A stretch of DNA of 64,000 bases from an uncultured delta proteobacterium. Its GTDB lineage: Bacteria > Desulfobacterota > RBG-13-43-22. Position numbers and translations under genes: made by a program. The notes beneath the pieces were generated by a model. The model was given only the letters and a program-made list of their open reading frames with translations. It was not told where the DNA came from and did not search any database. This document shows, piece by piece, positions 49,352 through 59,591 of this stretch (position 1 is its first letter; every line of letters begins with the position of its first letter). Where the stretch lies: NCBI GenBank assembly GCA_963743305.1, contig CAVUPH010000042.1:64001-128000 (forward strand). The letters are read 5' to 3'.

Positions 49352-50311
49352 TTAGAAGATGGTCTTGGTCAAACGCTGCCATTCGTTATCCAGATTTTTC
49401 ATGAAGCGTCTGAATTGAGTGGACCAGCCGAACTGACAGCCTCGGCAGAGGAAGCCGTCTTTTTTCCCCCAACCGGCGCCGTATAAATAATCGAGCACCT
49501 TTTGGGCCTGAGGACCGTTCCAAACTTCTATCAAGGATTTCTCCCGTACGTTGCCCAAAGAAGTTCTGCGACCCATATCTTCGCAGCACAGGACCACCTG
49601 GCCGTCGAAAGAAACGACCATGTCTCTCAGGGGTTCACCCTTTTTGCAGCCTTTCAGCCAGGGACCGGGATATTTGAGCGAAAGGCCTTCGGTGGCGGGG
49701 ACCAGATTGGCCCGGGAATTGGGTATGCCTATGGCCACCGGCACCCCCTGAGTACGCCAATATTTCCTGACTTTATAGGCCTCTCCCCGGGGCCAATGAA
49801 AGGCATAGGCGCGGATATTCACTTTAGCGTATTTGCGGGTTAGATATTGGATGTTGGCCAGGGTTTTTTCATAAGGCAGCCCCATAATATTTTCATAAAC
49901 GGATTTGGTAATTCCGTGAAAGCTGATGTAGATCGGTCCGTCAAAACCGCTCTCCAGAAGACGATCGGTCTTTTCCGGGGTCAGCAGGGCGGCATTGGTT
50001 TGCAGGATCATGGTCAGCCCGGCCTTCCGGACATAAGACAGTTTTTCAAAGATCCGGGGATCGATCAGGGCTTCCCCCATATTGCAGAAAATGACGTGCC
50101 CGCGGACCGGATGATGGGCCTTAATGTCGGCAAACTCGTCGATCAGGCGGTGGAAAAGGCCATCCTCCATCCAGCCCATGGGTATTTGGTCTTTAACCCG
50201 GGGATAAGGACAGATGCGGCAACGGGCATTGCAATAGGAATGAATGTCGATGATTAGATTCTGGGGATAAGCGGTGCGCTCCGTCCTCCAATTAAGAAAT
50301 GATTCGGGCAT
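49352..50311 (-). CDS. Radical SAM protein with SPASM/twitch domain
   Basis: CNARCRIC; GC...DGQVVLCCED...GNV..SLIEVWN...CRGC. Confidence 0.9.
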   Translation of the reverse strand: MPESFLNWRTERTAYPQNLIIDIHSYCNARCRICPYPRVKDQIPMGWMEDGLFHRLIDEFADIKAHHPVRGHVIFCNMGEALIDPRIFEKLSYVRKAGLTMILQTNAALLTPEKTDRLLESGFDGPIYISFHGITKSVYENIMGLPYEKTLANIQYLTRKYAKVNIRAYAFHWPRGEAYKVRKYWRTQGVPVAIGIPNSRANLVPATEGLSLKYPGPWLKGCKKGEPLRDMVVSFDGQVVLCCEDMGRRTSLGNVREKSLIEVWNGPQAQKVLDYLYGAGWGKKDGFLCRGCQFGWSTQFRRFMKNLDNEWQRLTKTIF

Positions 50312-50494
50312 GATCAATTTTTCTTTCCTGCCGCCGGCCGGCCGCCGTAGGGTGACCGCATTTTCTCCTGGAAGCAGGAAAGGCCGGCACCGCGGCCTTG
50401 GAAACAAGGCCCGCTGGAGATTAACGACTGTGAGGTTAGGTCCCTCCCGGTCCGCCATTCAAGGCACTAGCGGGCCGGGAGGGACTGAGGGGGA

Positions 50495-51953
50495 TCAGCC
50501 GGCGTTCACGCCTTTGGCGATGCGGTCGCCGATCTCCTTGTCGATGTTGCGCCAGTATTCGAACGCACGCTGCAGCACGGGCTCGGACACGCCTTTCTTG
50601 AGGTGTCCGACGACGTTGGACACCAGCCGGTCGCGCTGCCCGTCGTCCATGACCTTACGCACCAAGGTGCCGGGCTGGCCGAAGTCGTCGTCGTCCTTGC
50701 GCAAGGTGTAGGCGGCGCGGATGAACTCGCCGCTGGCCTCCCAGATCGCTGCCTCGGGATAGCGCTTGACCGTCAGCCTGCGGGCCGCCCTTCGAGTTCG
50801 GTGCGTACACGGGGTCGGACACGTTCTGGACCCGCATCGCCCCGTCCTTGCTGTAGCTGTGCACCGGCGCCTTTGGCCGGTTGACCGGGATCTGCTTGTA
50901 GTTGACCCCCAGGCGGTGCACGATGGGCGTCGGCGTAGGCGAAGAGGCGGGCGAGCAACATCTTGTCCGGGCTGACACCGATCCCCGGCACGAGGTTGTT
51001 CGGTTCGAACGCCGCCTGCTCGATCTCGGTGTGGAAGTCGGTCGGGTTGCGGTCCAGCGTCAGCCGGCCGACCTCGTGCAGCGGGTAGTCGCCGTGCGGC
51101 CAGACCTTGGTCAGGTCGAAGGGGTTGAACCGGTAGGTCTCGGCTTCCTCGAAGGGCATGATCTGCACCTTCAGCGTCCAGCTGGGGTAATCACCCCGCT
51201 TGATCGCCTCGAACAGGTCGCGCCGATGGTAGTCGGCGTCAACACCGGCGATCCGGTCGGCCTCCTCCTGGGTGAGGAAGTCGATGCCCTGGTCGGTCTT
51301 GAAGTGGTACTTCACCCAGAAGCGCTCGCCCTTGGCATTGACCCACATGTAGGTGTGGCTCGAGTAGCCGTTCATGTGCCGCCAGGTCTTCGGGATCCCG
51401 CGGTCACCCATCAGCCACGGTGACCTGGTGGGCCGACTCGGGCGACAGGGTCCAGAAGTCCCACTGCATGTCGTTATCGCGCAGGCCGTTGTCCGCACGG
51501 CGCTTCTGGGAGCGGATGAAGTGCTGGAACTTCATGGGGTCACGTACGAAGAACACCGGCGTGTTGTTCCCCACCATGTCGTAGTTGCCTTCGCTGGTGT
51601 AGAACTTCAAGCGCGAAGCCACGCGGGTCACGCCAGGTGTCGGGGCTGCCGCGCTCTCCGGCCACCGTGGAGAACCGGATCAACGTGTCCGTCTTCGTGC
51701 CCGGCTGGAACACCGCAGCCTTGGTGTAGGCGCTGACATCCTTGGTCACCTCGAAGTGACCGAAGGCCCCGGAACCCTTGGCGTGGGGCTGGCGCTCCGG
51801 AATCCGCTCCCGGTTGAAGTTGGCCATCTGCTCGATGAGGTAGTGGTCCTGCAGCAGGATGGGTCCATCGGGCCCCACGGTGAGCGAGTACTCGTCGCTG
51901 GATACGGGGATCCCGGCATCGGTTGTCGTGGGTTTGCGGTCGTCATTTTTCAT
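50495..51953 (-). CDS. Monofunctional heme catalase, split by about 4 frameshifts
   Basis: [47 protein letters not shown] across successive ORFs. Confidence 0.9.
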
Positions 51954-52249
51954 GGGTAGATCTCCTTTCTGTGGTGGTGGACGACAAGGATCACGCCGGC
52001 CATTCCAGTCAGCAAAAGTCGACTCGGAATTCGACCGAGCGGTTGCCTTAAAGGGATTGAATTCAGGTACCTCAATTATACACAATTTTGAGAATAAGAA
52101 ATAGAGGGATTTTGGCCCCCTTTGGGAGATGAGTAGGTGAAGGGAGGACAGGATTTTCGTCTGAATTCTTCCGGGTTGACCGAAATATCACCAACATGAC
52201 TTCGGTACTCCTGAACCTGGAAACCCCGGACCGGCGAACGGGAAACCGC

Positions 52250-53512
52250 CTAAGACTCCGCCGCCTCCAGGTCCACGGTCCCGAACTGATTGGCCCAGGT
52301 CACCGAAGCCTGGAAGGCCTCCTTGACGGGACCTTCCTCCAAGCCCAGTTGCCGGACCAGGGCGGCGGCCTCCGCCCAGCGTCCGTCCTCCAGCATCTCC
52401 GCCAGCAGGAGGAGCGGAAGGTATTCATTATTGGCCTCCCGCTTGAGGGCCGACTTCAACTTGTCTTCGAGGGGCAGGTACTGGAGGGTCTCCGCCATGG
52501 GCAGCCCCAGCATGGCGTCGAGGAGCGAGAAGAGCCCGAGTAATTGGAGACTGTCCGGATCAAAACCCCAATAGTCAAAGGCCATTCCAAGGCGTTCCAG
52601 AAACCGCCCCCGCTGGGCGGAGAGGTAGACCAACTCCGGTGAATTCAGGCCGTGGGCCAGGTCATTGATCAAGGCCACGCGCAGCCAGTTCCGGGTTTTC
52701 TGCCAGCCCAAAAGGGTGATCGCCTGCCGGATCGATTTAATCTTTTGCCGAAAACCGAAGGCGGCCGAATTGAGCAGGGCCAACAGCCGGAAGCTGATCG
52801 AGGCGTCGGACTGGATGACCTCGGCCACTTTGAGGAAGTCGGGGTCTTTCTGCTCGATGAGTTGAAAGAGGCGCAGCCGGGCGATCTCGTTCGAGCTGAT
52901 CCGCCGGACGGGAACATCCTCCGGCGACTTGAAGTAGCTCCCCTGAAACAGATCGAAACCGAGGGTGGCGCAGGCGCCCAGACAAGCTCGGTCCGCCACT
53001 CCGCTGGCCAACAATTTTACCGGAAAGTTCCGGCCGGCCTTGACCAGCCGGGTCAGGCCGGCCGGCTCCAGTGAGACCGCAATGTCCAAAACATCGCCCA
53101 TTCGATACAGCGGCTCCAATTCGGCGGCGCCCGAAAATTCCCCCACCATCAACAGGTATCCCTCGGTTTTGAGTTGCGTCAGGGTTTCCATCAGGTCCGG
53201 ATGGACGGCGATCCGCTCCGGGACTTTCAAGGCCGCGAGTGAGGGTTGAAGCGTATAAGGGAGATTCGAAAGCAACGTCCGATCATTGATCCCGACCACG
53301 ATCCGTTTTCCCCTTTCCGAGACCTGTTGCAAGCCCACATAGGAGCCGGAGGCCATGGAGGAAAGCGACGGCTCCCCGGCCGGCGGAGAGGGGCTCAAGC
53401 CGCCCCGATTGGAAACACAAAAAATTTCATAGCCCCAGAGGGCCTGTCGGGCATCAAAAATCGGGTGCCGGGCCAGTGCCCAGTCACCGGAGGGAAAATC
53501 GTTTTGATCCAT
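52250..53512 (-). CDS. Degenerate EAL + HDOD domain protein
   Basis: ARHPIFD..WGYEIF, GFDLFQGSYF, SFRLLALLNSAAFG, GLFSLLDAML. Confidence 0.87.
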   Translation of the reverse strand: MDQNDFPSGDWALARHPIFDARQALWGYEIFCVSNRGGLSPSPPAGEPSLSSMASGSYVGLQQVSERGKRIVVGINDRTLLSNLPYTLQPSLAALKVPERIAVHPDLMETLTQLKTEGYLLMVGEFSGAAELEPLYRMGDVLDIAVSLEPAGLTRLVKAGRNFPVKLLASGVADRACLGACATLGFDLFQGSYFKSPEDVPVRRISSNEIARLRLFQLIEQKDPDFLKVAEVIQSDASISFRLLALLNSAAFGFRQKIKSIRQAITLLGWQKTRNWLRVALINDLAHGLNSPELVYLSAQRGRFLERLGMAFDYWGFDPDSLQLLGLFSLLDAMLGLPMAETLQYLPLEDKLKSALKREANNEYLPLLLLAEMLEDGRWAEAAALVRQLGLEEGPVKEAFQASVTWANQFGTVDLEAAES

Positions 53513-53587
53513 ATTCCTATTCCTTAAAGGCCTATCAAAAAAATTTTTATATTAGATTCTTACATCCATTGCTCTGAGAATTTGTCT

Positions 53588-56047
53588 CTAACAATGGATG
53601 TAAGAATCTAATTCCAGGGGGGTCACGTTCCAAATTTCGTCGGCGTATTCCAGGATGGAGCGGTCGCTGGAGAAGAAGCCGGTCCGGGCCGTATTCAGGA
53701 TCGAACGGCGGGCCCATTCCTCGTGGTCGGCATACACCGCTCCCACCCTTTCCTGGGCTTCCAGGTAAGCGCGGAAGTCGGCCAGGACCAGAAAATAGTC
53801 TCCCTGGTCCAGGAGGGCCTGCACCAAGGGCTGGAACAGCCGGGGCTCTTCGGGTGAGAAAAAACCCTCCCGGATAAGATCCAGCGTTCCCCGCAGTTCC
53901 GGGTCCGCCTCGTACAGCGCCCGGGGAGCATAGCCTCCGGAACGGAGGAGGACGACTTCTTCGGCGTTCAATCCGAAAATAAAAATGTTGTCTCGTCCGA
54001 CTTCCTCCATGATCTCGATGTTGGCGCCGTCCAGTGTGCCGATGGTTAAGGCCCCGTTGAGCGCAAACTTCATGTTGCCCGTCCCGGAAGCCTCCATACC
54101 GGCCGTGGAAATTTGTTCGGAGAGATCGGCCGCCGGGATCACCTTCTCCGCCTGGGAGATGCAGTAGTTCGGCAGGAAGATGACCCGCAGCCGCCCCCGG
54201 ATATCCGGATCGTTGTTGACCACCCCGGCCACGGCGTTGACCAGCTTAATGGAGAGTTTGGCCTGGGTGTAGGCGGGCGCGGCTTTGCCGCCGATAAAGA
54301 CGGTCCGGGCGGGGGCGACATAATCGGGATTTGATTTGATCCGCCGATAGAGCGCTACGGTGTGGAGGATATTGAGGAGCTGTCGTTTGTATTCGTGAAT
54401 CCGTTTGACCTGCACATCGAAGAGGGTATCCGGATTCACCCCCAGGCCCATTTTGCGGAGCACGTACCGGGCCAGGCGCTTCTTATTCTCCCGTTTGGTC
54501 TCCTTCCAGGATTTTCGGAATTCAAGATCTTCCGCCAGGGGTTCGAGCCGGCGCAACCGCTGCAGGTCATTCACCCATTCCGGACCGATGGCCGAGGTGA
54601 TCAGCTTGGACAGGGCCGGATTGGCCTGAACCAGCCAACGCCGGGGCGTGACCCCGTTGGTCACGTTGCGGAACCGGCCCGGGAAGATCCGGTCGAAGTC
54701 TCGAAAGAGCTGCTCCCGGAGGATCCGGGAATGCAGCTTGGCCACGCCGTTGACGGCGTGTCCCCCGACCACGGCCAGATGGGCCATGCGGATTCGCCGC
54801 ACCGGCCCTTCCTGGATCAGCGAGACCCGGGCCGGCAACTCGTGGTCCCGGGGATAATCGTTTCGGACCTCTTCCAGAAAGCGCTCGTTGATTTCGTAGA
54901 TGATCTCCAGGTGGCGGGGCAGCAGCCGCCCCAGGACCTCCACCGGCCAGGTCTCCAGAGCTTCGGGTAAGACCGTATGGTTGGTGTAGGCAAAAGTGCG
55001 GCGGGAAATGGACCAGGCGTCATCCCAGCCCAGCCCCTCTTCGTCCAGCAGTTGCCGCATCAATTCGGGGATGGCGATGGTGGGATGGGTATCGTTCAAT
55101 TGAATGGCCACGGCCTCCGGAAAGCCGGTCCATTCCCGGTGCTGTTTCTTGAACTTGCGGAGAATGTCCTGAAGCGTGGCCGAGACGAAAAAATACTGCT
55201 GTTTCAGCCGCAGCTCGCGTCCCTGGGCCATTTCGTCGCTGGGATAGAGGACTTTGGAGATGTTCTCACTCAATACCTTGGCTTCGACGGCGCCCACATA
55301 GTCGCCCTGGTTAAACTCCTGGAGGTTGAATTCCCGGCTTGATTTCGCCACCCAGAGGCGCATGTTGGTGACGTACTCCCCCCCGTAGCCCGGCACCAGG
55401 AAGTCGGAGGCCATGGCCAGTACCGACTCGGTCTCCACCCAGCGCCGGCGAGCCCGGCCTTGGGCATCGCGGTAAGACTCCGAGCGTCCGTAATAGTGAA
55501 CGGGATACAGCACCTCCGGCCGCTGGATTTCCCAAGGGGTCCCTTCCCGCATCCAATTGTCGGATTGCTCCTGCTGGTAGCCGTTGACGATATGCTGGAA
55601 GAAAATCCCGTAATCGTACCGGATTCCGTAGCCGTAGGCCGGGAGCTGCAAGGTGGCCATGGAATCCAGAAAACAGGAGGCCAGTCTACCCAGGCCGCCG
55701 TTTCCCAGACCGGCGTCCCATTCCTCCTCCTCGATGTCTTCCAAATCATAACCCAGACTGTGCAGGGCCTCCTGGGCCTCTTCTTCCATTTGGAGACTGG
55801 TGAGGTAGTTGCGCAGGAACCGGCCGGGGAGGAACTCCAAGGACAGGTAGTACACCCGCTTGGCCAGCAGCTCGTAGCAGGCCCGCTGGGTCCTTAGCCA
55901 GCGCTCGACCAGGCGGTCCCGGACGGCGGAGCAGAGCCCGAGGAAAATCTGACGGCGGTCCGCCAGATCCGGATCATTGCCCTGGGTGAACTGGATATGC
56001 TTTTGAATATCTATCCGGATCCGGTTTTGGGCCAGCGAATCGCTCAT
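53588..56047 (-). CDS. glgP: Glycogen/starch phosphorylase (long type)
   Basis: GLGNGGLGRLASCF, QLNDTHP, VKRIHEYKRQ, EASGTGNMK. Confidence 0.96.
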   Translation of the reverse strand: MSDSLAQNRIRIDIQKHIQFTQGNDPDLADRRQIFLGLCSAVRDRLVERWLRTQRACYELLAKRVYYLSLEFLPGRFLRNYLTSLQMEEEAQEALHSLGYDLEDIEEEEWDAGLGNGGLGRLASCFLDSMATLQLPAYGYGIRYDYGIFFQHIVNGYQQEQSDNWMREGTPWEIQRPEVLYPVHYYGRSESYRDAQGRARRRWVETESVLAMASDFLVPGYGGEYVTNMRLWVAKSSREFNLQEFNQGDYVGAVEAKVLSENISKVLYPSDEMAQGRELRLKQQYFFVSATLQDILRKFKKQHREWTGFPEAVAIQLNDTHPTIAIPELMRQLLDEEGLGWDDAWSISRRTFAYTNHTVLPEALETWPVEVLGRLLPRHLEIIYEINERFLEEVRNDYPRDHELPARVSLIQEGPVRRIRMAHLAVVGGHAVNGVAKLHSRILREQLFRDFDRIFPGRFRNVTNGVTPRRWLVQANPALSKLITSAIGPEWVNDLQRLRRLEPLAEDLEFRKSWKETKRENKKRLARYVLRKMGLGVNPDTLFDVQVKRIHEYKRQLLNILHTVALYRRIKSNPDYVAPARTVFIGGKAAPAYTQAKLSIKLVNAVAGVVNNDPDIRGRLRVIFLPNYCISQAEKVIPAADLSEQISTAGMEASGTGNMKFALNGALTIGTLDGANIEIMEEVGRDNIFIFGLNAEEVVLLRSGGYAPRALYEADPELRGTLDLIREGFFSPEEPRLFQPLVQALLDQGDYFLVLADFRAYLEAQERVGAVYADHEEWARRSILNTARTGFFSSDRSILEYADEIWNVTPLELDSYIHC

Positions 56048-56182
56048 GGGGGTCCCTCCATTTTCATTAGCGGCCTCGGATGGTTAAAGAGATGGATAAA
56101 TATAACAGATTCGTATAAGAATAAGAACAGCTATATTAAACTCAGATTTGGTCCCAGCGAGGCAACGCGCGAAAGGTGTCCG

Positions 56183-56341
56183 ATGAAATTCTGTTCATTC
56201 CGGTGCCCCCAGGCCGATAACGAAAAAGCCCAGCACGCCGGCTGTCTGGCGGTGAACGGTGTTTTTTGCAGGGTACTGCGGCGGGTGGTTGAAAAGGGGT
56301 CGCTCTGCCCGGCCGAAGGCCGTCGGGCTGCTAAGAAATAG
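56183..56341 (+). CDS. Small Cys-rich hypothetical protein
   Basis: GAAAGGTG RBS; MKFCSFRCP..GCLAVNGVFC..SLCP (5 Cys in 52 aa). Confidence 0.55.
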   Translation: MKFCSFRCPQADNEKAQHAGCLAVNGVFCRVLRRVVEKGSLCPAEGRRAAKK

Positions 56342-56424
56342 AAAAAAGAGAGATGAATTTCTTACGGTTGAAAACCATCAGGGATGACCCAGCCAAAGAA
56401 ATTCGGTTTCAATCATTCCCGAAC

Positions 56425-57351
56425 TTATCCGAAACAGCGACTGTAGCGTTCGTTGAATTCTTCGGGACTGAACCGGTAATCTTGAGTGCCGTAGCACTCG
56501 ACCGCGAAGGAAGCGCAGACGCTGCCCCAGCGGGCGGATTGCTCGAGGTCTCGGCCTTGAACCAGGCCGCTGATCAACCCGCCCCGATAGGAATCGCCGG
56601 CGCCGGTGGGGTCCTCCACCTTCCGGGGAGGAACCGCCGGGATATGCAGGCTGCCTTCCCCGGTGGCGATTCTTGAACCGTGCTCTCCCAAGGTGGTAAT
56701 AATAACCCGGGCTTTTTTCAGCAGCGCGTCCTGGTCCAACCCCGTCTTGGCCATGATCAAATCCAGTTCATAGTCATTGGAAATCAGCATTCGGCAACCG
56801 TCTAGGGCCTGGACCAACGCCTCGGCCTCCAACATCGGCAAGGATTGCCCGGGATCAAAGATGTAGTCGATCCCCAAGGCCTGGCAGCGGCTCGGATAAT
56901 GCATCATGTCCTCTAAATTGCCGGGAGAGATGATCATCATCGTCTTTTCCGCTTTGAATCGTTCGAAATCGAGCGCGGAAGAATATTTCATGGCCCCGGG
57001 ATTGAACCCGGTAATCTGGTTGTCGGCCCGGTCGGTGGTGATGTAGGCGCCGGCCGTGAATTCCTCCTCGATGATTTTGGTGTATTCGGTGGAAAGTCCG
57101 ATTTTCCCCAGCCATTCAAAGTAGCGGTTAAAATCATGGCCGATGGCCGCGGAGATGATGGGCTTTTCGCCCATCAGGGTGAGGGCATAGGCAATATTCC
57201 CGGCCGTGCCGCCGAATTTTTCCTTCAGTCCGTTCACCTGGAAGCAGACGTTCAAAATATGAATTTTTTCGGGAAGGATATGCTCCGCAAAGTATCCCGG
57301 AAAATCCATAATCCTGTCGTAAGCCAGTGACCCGGCAACAATAATATTCAT
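56425..57351 (-). CDS. PfkB-family carbohydrate/nucleoside (adenosine-type) kinase
   Basis: GSLAYD, GGTAGNIA, FDPGQ, DPTGAGDSYRGG. Confidence 0.92.
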   Translation of the reverse strand: MNIIVAGSLAYDRIMDFPGYFAEHILPEKIHILNVCFQVNGLKEKFGGTAGNIAYALTLMGEKPIISAAIGHDFNRYFEWLGKIGLSTEYTKIIEEEFTAGAYITTDRADNQITGFNPGAMKYSSALDFERFKAEKTMMIISPGNLEDMMHYPSRCQALGIDYIFDPGQSLPMLEAEALVQALDGCRMLISNDYELDLIMAKTGLDQDALLKKARVIITTLGEHGSRIATGEGSLHIPAVPPRKVEDPTGAGDSYRGGLISGLVQGRDLEQSARWGSVCASFAVECYGTQDYRFSPEEFNERYSRCFG

Positions 57352-57582
57352 TTCCCCGATCCTCTCCAATGATAATCTTGAAAGGGGAGGCTAAAGCCTG
57401 CCCCTACCCCGGCAAGGGTCTTTCAAGGGGTTAAATTCTTATAATAAATCAGGTTTAAATGTCAAGCAGGAAAAAGGGGCAGCCCGTAGTCGTAAGGGGG
57501 AACTCCCCTGAATCCACCACTTGAAGAAAGCCTTTTCTCATGGTACAAAAGATAAACGACCGCACCGAAATGGAGGTCTGGC

Positions 57583-59319
57583 ATGGATAGCCTTCAGAAC
57601 TTTGAGGATAAGCGCCCCGCCCGAATTCTTTGGTTGATTTTCGTCATCCTGGCCGCCGGCATCGTCCTGGCCGGCATCCTCAATTATCAGAGCAAGGAAA
57701 AACATTTCAAAATGGAGATGGAACATAAACTGGCCGCCATCGCGGACCTGAAAGCCGGCGAGATCGTACGCTGGAAAACCGAGCGTTTAAGGGATGCCGA
57801 GGTCTTTTTTCGTAATCCTTTCTTTGCCCTCTTGGTGCGGGATTTCTTCGTCCGTCCCCGGGATTCGAAGCTGAAGAAAAACCTCCGGACTTGGGTGGAC
57901 CTGATCCAGGAAGGGTATGATTATGACCGGGTACAATTGCTCGATTCCCAAGGCGTTGTGCGGTTGTCGGCTCCCGAAATCGATGAGCCGCTCTCCCCGG
58001 CGATAACCCGGAAGGTCGCGGAAACACTGCAATCCGGGCAAATCACCTTCGTGGATTTTTACCGGCAGGAGCACTCCCGGAAAACCTCTTTGGCCTTGCT
58101 CGTCCCGATTCCGGATGATCGGGGCGGAGGCCGGCCTCTAGGGGTGCTTTTCCTGAGGATCGACCCGGAGGTCTATCTCTATCCCTTCCTGCAACGCTGG
58201 CCGGAGCCCAGTGAGACCGCCGAAACACTGCTTATCCGTCGGGAAGGAAAGGACGCCTTATATCTGAATGAACTCAAGTTTCGCAAAAATACCGCCCTGA
58301 CGCTCCGCATCCCCTTGAGTAGTCAGGATGTTCCCGCTGTGAAAGCGGTCTTGGGTGGGAAAGGGATAGTGGAGGGGCGTGATTACCGGGACGTCCCGGT
58401 GTTGGCCGCGGTGCGCGCGATTCCCGGGTCACCCTGGTTTCTGGTAGCCCGAATGGATGTGGCGGAAGTATACGGACCCATGCGGGAAACCCTGTGGCTG
58501 ATCATACTGATCGTAGGCGCCCTGCTCGCCGGCGCGGGGGCCGGGGTGGCCCTGATCTGGCGGCAGCAGCGCTATCGCTATTACCGGGAGCGGGCCGGCG
58601 CGGCGGAGGCTTTGCGTAGGGCCAATGATGAACTGGAAGGAAGGGTCCAGGAGAGGACAGCGGAAGTTCGTTTCCTGTCCTCGCGCCTCCTGTCGACCCA
58701 GGAAGAGGAAAGAAGGAGGATCGCCATCGATCTTCATGACGGGATCGGGGGCTTGTTAAGCGCCATCAAGTACCAGGTCGAGGCCGCCCAAAAGGGCAAA
58801 GACCTGGGGGAGACGGTCTCCCTCCTGCAGATGGCCATTGAGGAGTGCCGGAGAATCCAGATGGCCCTCAGGCCTTCCCTGCTGGACGACCTCGGCCTGC
58901 TGGCCACCTTTAACTGGCTGATCCGGGAATTCCAGAAAAGGACTCCCGGCCTGATGGTGGAAACGCAATTTGAAGTCGAAGAGCAGGCGATTCCAGCGGC
59001 CCTGAAGACGGTGATTTTCCGGATTACCCAGGAGGCCCTAAACAATACCACCAAGCACAGCGGAGCGGATCGGATGCTGCTTTCCCTGCGGAAGACCGGA
59101 GGGGCACTGGTGCTGGTCATTCAGGACAATGGTCGGGGGTTCGAGATCGAAAAGGCCCTGACCAGAGAGAGCACCGATCGCGGGCTCGGGCTGGCCAGCA
59201 TGCGGGAGCGGACCGAGTTGTCGGGCGGGACCTTCTCCCTCGAATCCTCGCCCGGTCAAGGGACGGTCGTGCAGGCTACCTGGCCGGAAAGGGCGGGTGC
59301 AAGAGAGGAAATGGACTAA
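57583..59319 (+). CDS. Cache-domain sensor histidine kinase (HisKA_3)
   Basis: 2 TM helices with periplasmic Cache, ERRRIAIDLHDG, QEALNN, DNGRGF, GLGLASMRER. Confidence 0.92.
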   Translation: MDSLQNFEDKRPARILWLIFVILAAGIVLAGILNYQSKEKHFKMEMEHKLAAIADLKAGEIVRWKTERLRDAEVFFRNPFFALLVRDFFVRPRDSKLKKNLRTWVDLIQEGYDYDRVQLLDSQGVVRLSAPEIDEPLSPAITRKVAETLQSGQITFVDFYRQEHSRKTSLALLVPIPDDRGGGRPLGVLFLRIDPEVYLYPFLQRWPEPSETAETLLIRREGKDALYLNELKFRKNTALTLRIPLSSQDVPAVKAVLGGKGIVEGRDYRDVPVLAAVRAIPGSPWFLVARMDVAEVYGPMRETLWLIILIVGALLAGAGAGVALIWRQQRYRYYRERAGAAEALRRANDELEGRVQERTAEVRFLSSRLLSTQEEERRRIAIDLHDGIGGLLSAIKYQVEAAQKGKDLGETVSLLQMAIEECRRIQMALRPSLLDDLGLLATFNWLIREFQKRTPGLMVETQFEVEEQAIPAALKTVIFRITQEALNNTTKHSGADRMLLSLRKTGGALVLVIQDNGRGFEIEKALTRESTDRGLGLASMRERTELSGGTFSLESSPGQGTVVQATWPERAGAREEMD

Positions 59320-59372
59320 GCAGATGATTTCAATAATCGATTGATTATTGGACAGGTAGCAGGTCAAAGAGG

Positions 59373-59545
59373 CTATTTTCCTAATAAACCCCCAGGCCCC
59401 GGGCGGGCACCCCGAAGCATGAAAATCCCCCCCGCCCCCCTTTGCCAAAGGGGGGAGTTAAAGTCCCCCTTTAGCAAAGGGGGATTTAGGGGGATTTCAA
59501 AAGGGCTGGAATAACCACCGAATCTTCTATTTTCGTATTAACTTA
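59373..59545 (-). repeat. Dispersed palindromic repeat family B copy 3 (no hairpin insert)
   Basis: Reverse complement matches copies 1 and 2. Confidence 0.8.
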
Positions 59546-59591
59546 AATCTACCCGGGCGGGATGCGATTAAGGATAACCAGGGAATGAGCA

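Noticed and set aside
49352-50311. RiPP maturase system around the radical SAM/SPASM gene
   Set aside because: No adjacent precursor peptide, RRE/PqqD domain, protease or transporter
1913-51953. Programmed frameshifting or widespread pseudogenisation
   Set aside because: Single-base indels hit many unrelated genes with otherwise intact motifs, often in homopolymers; assembly error is the simpler explanation
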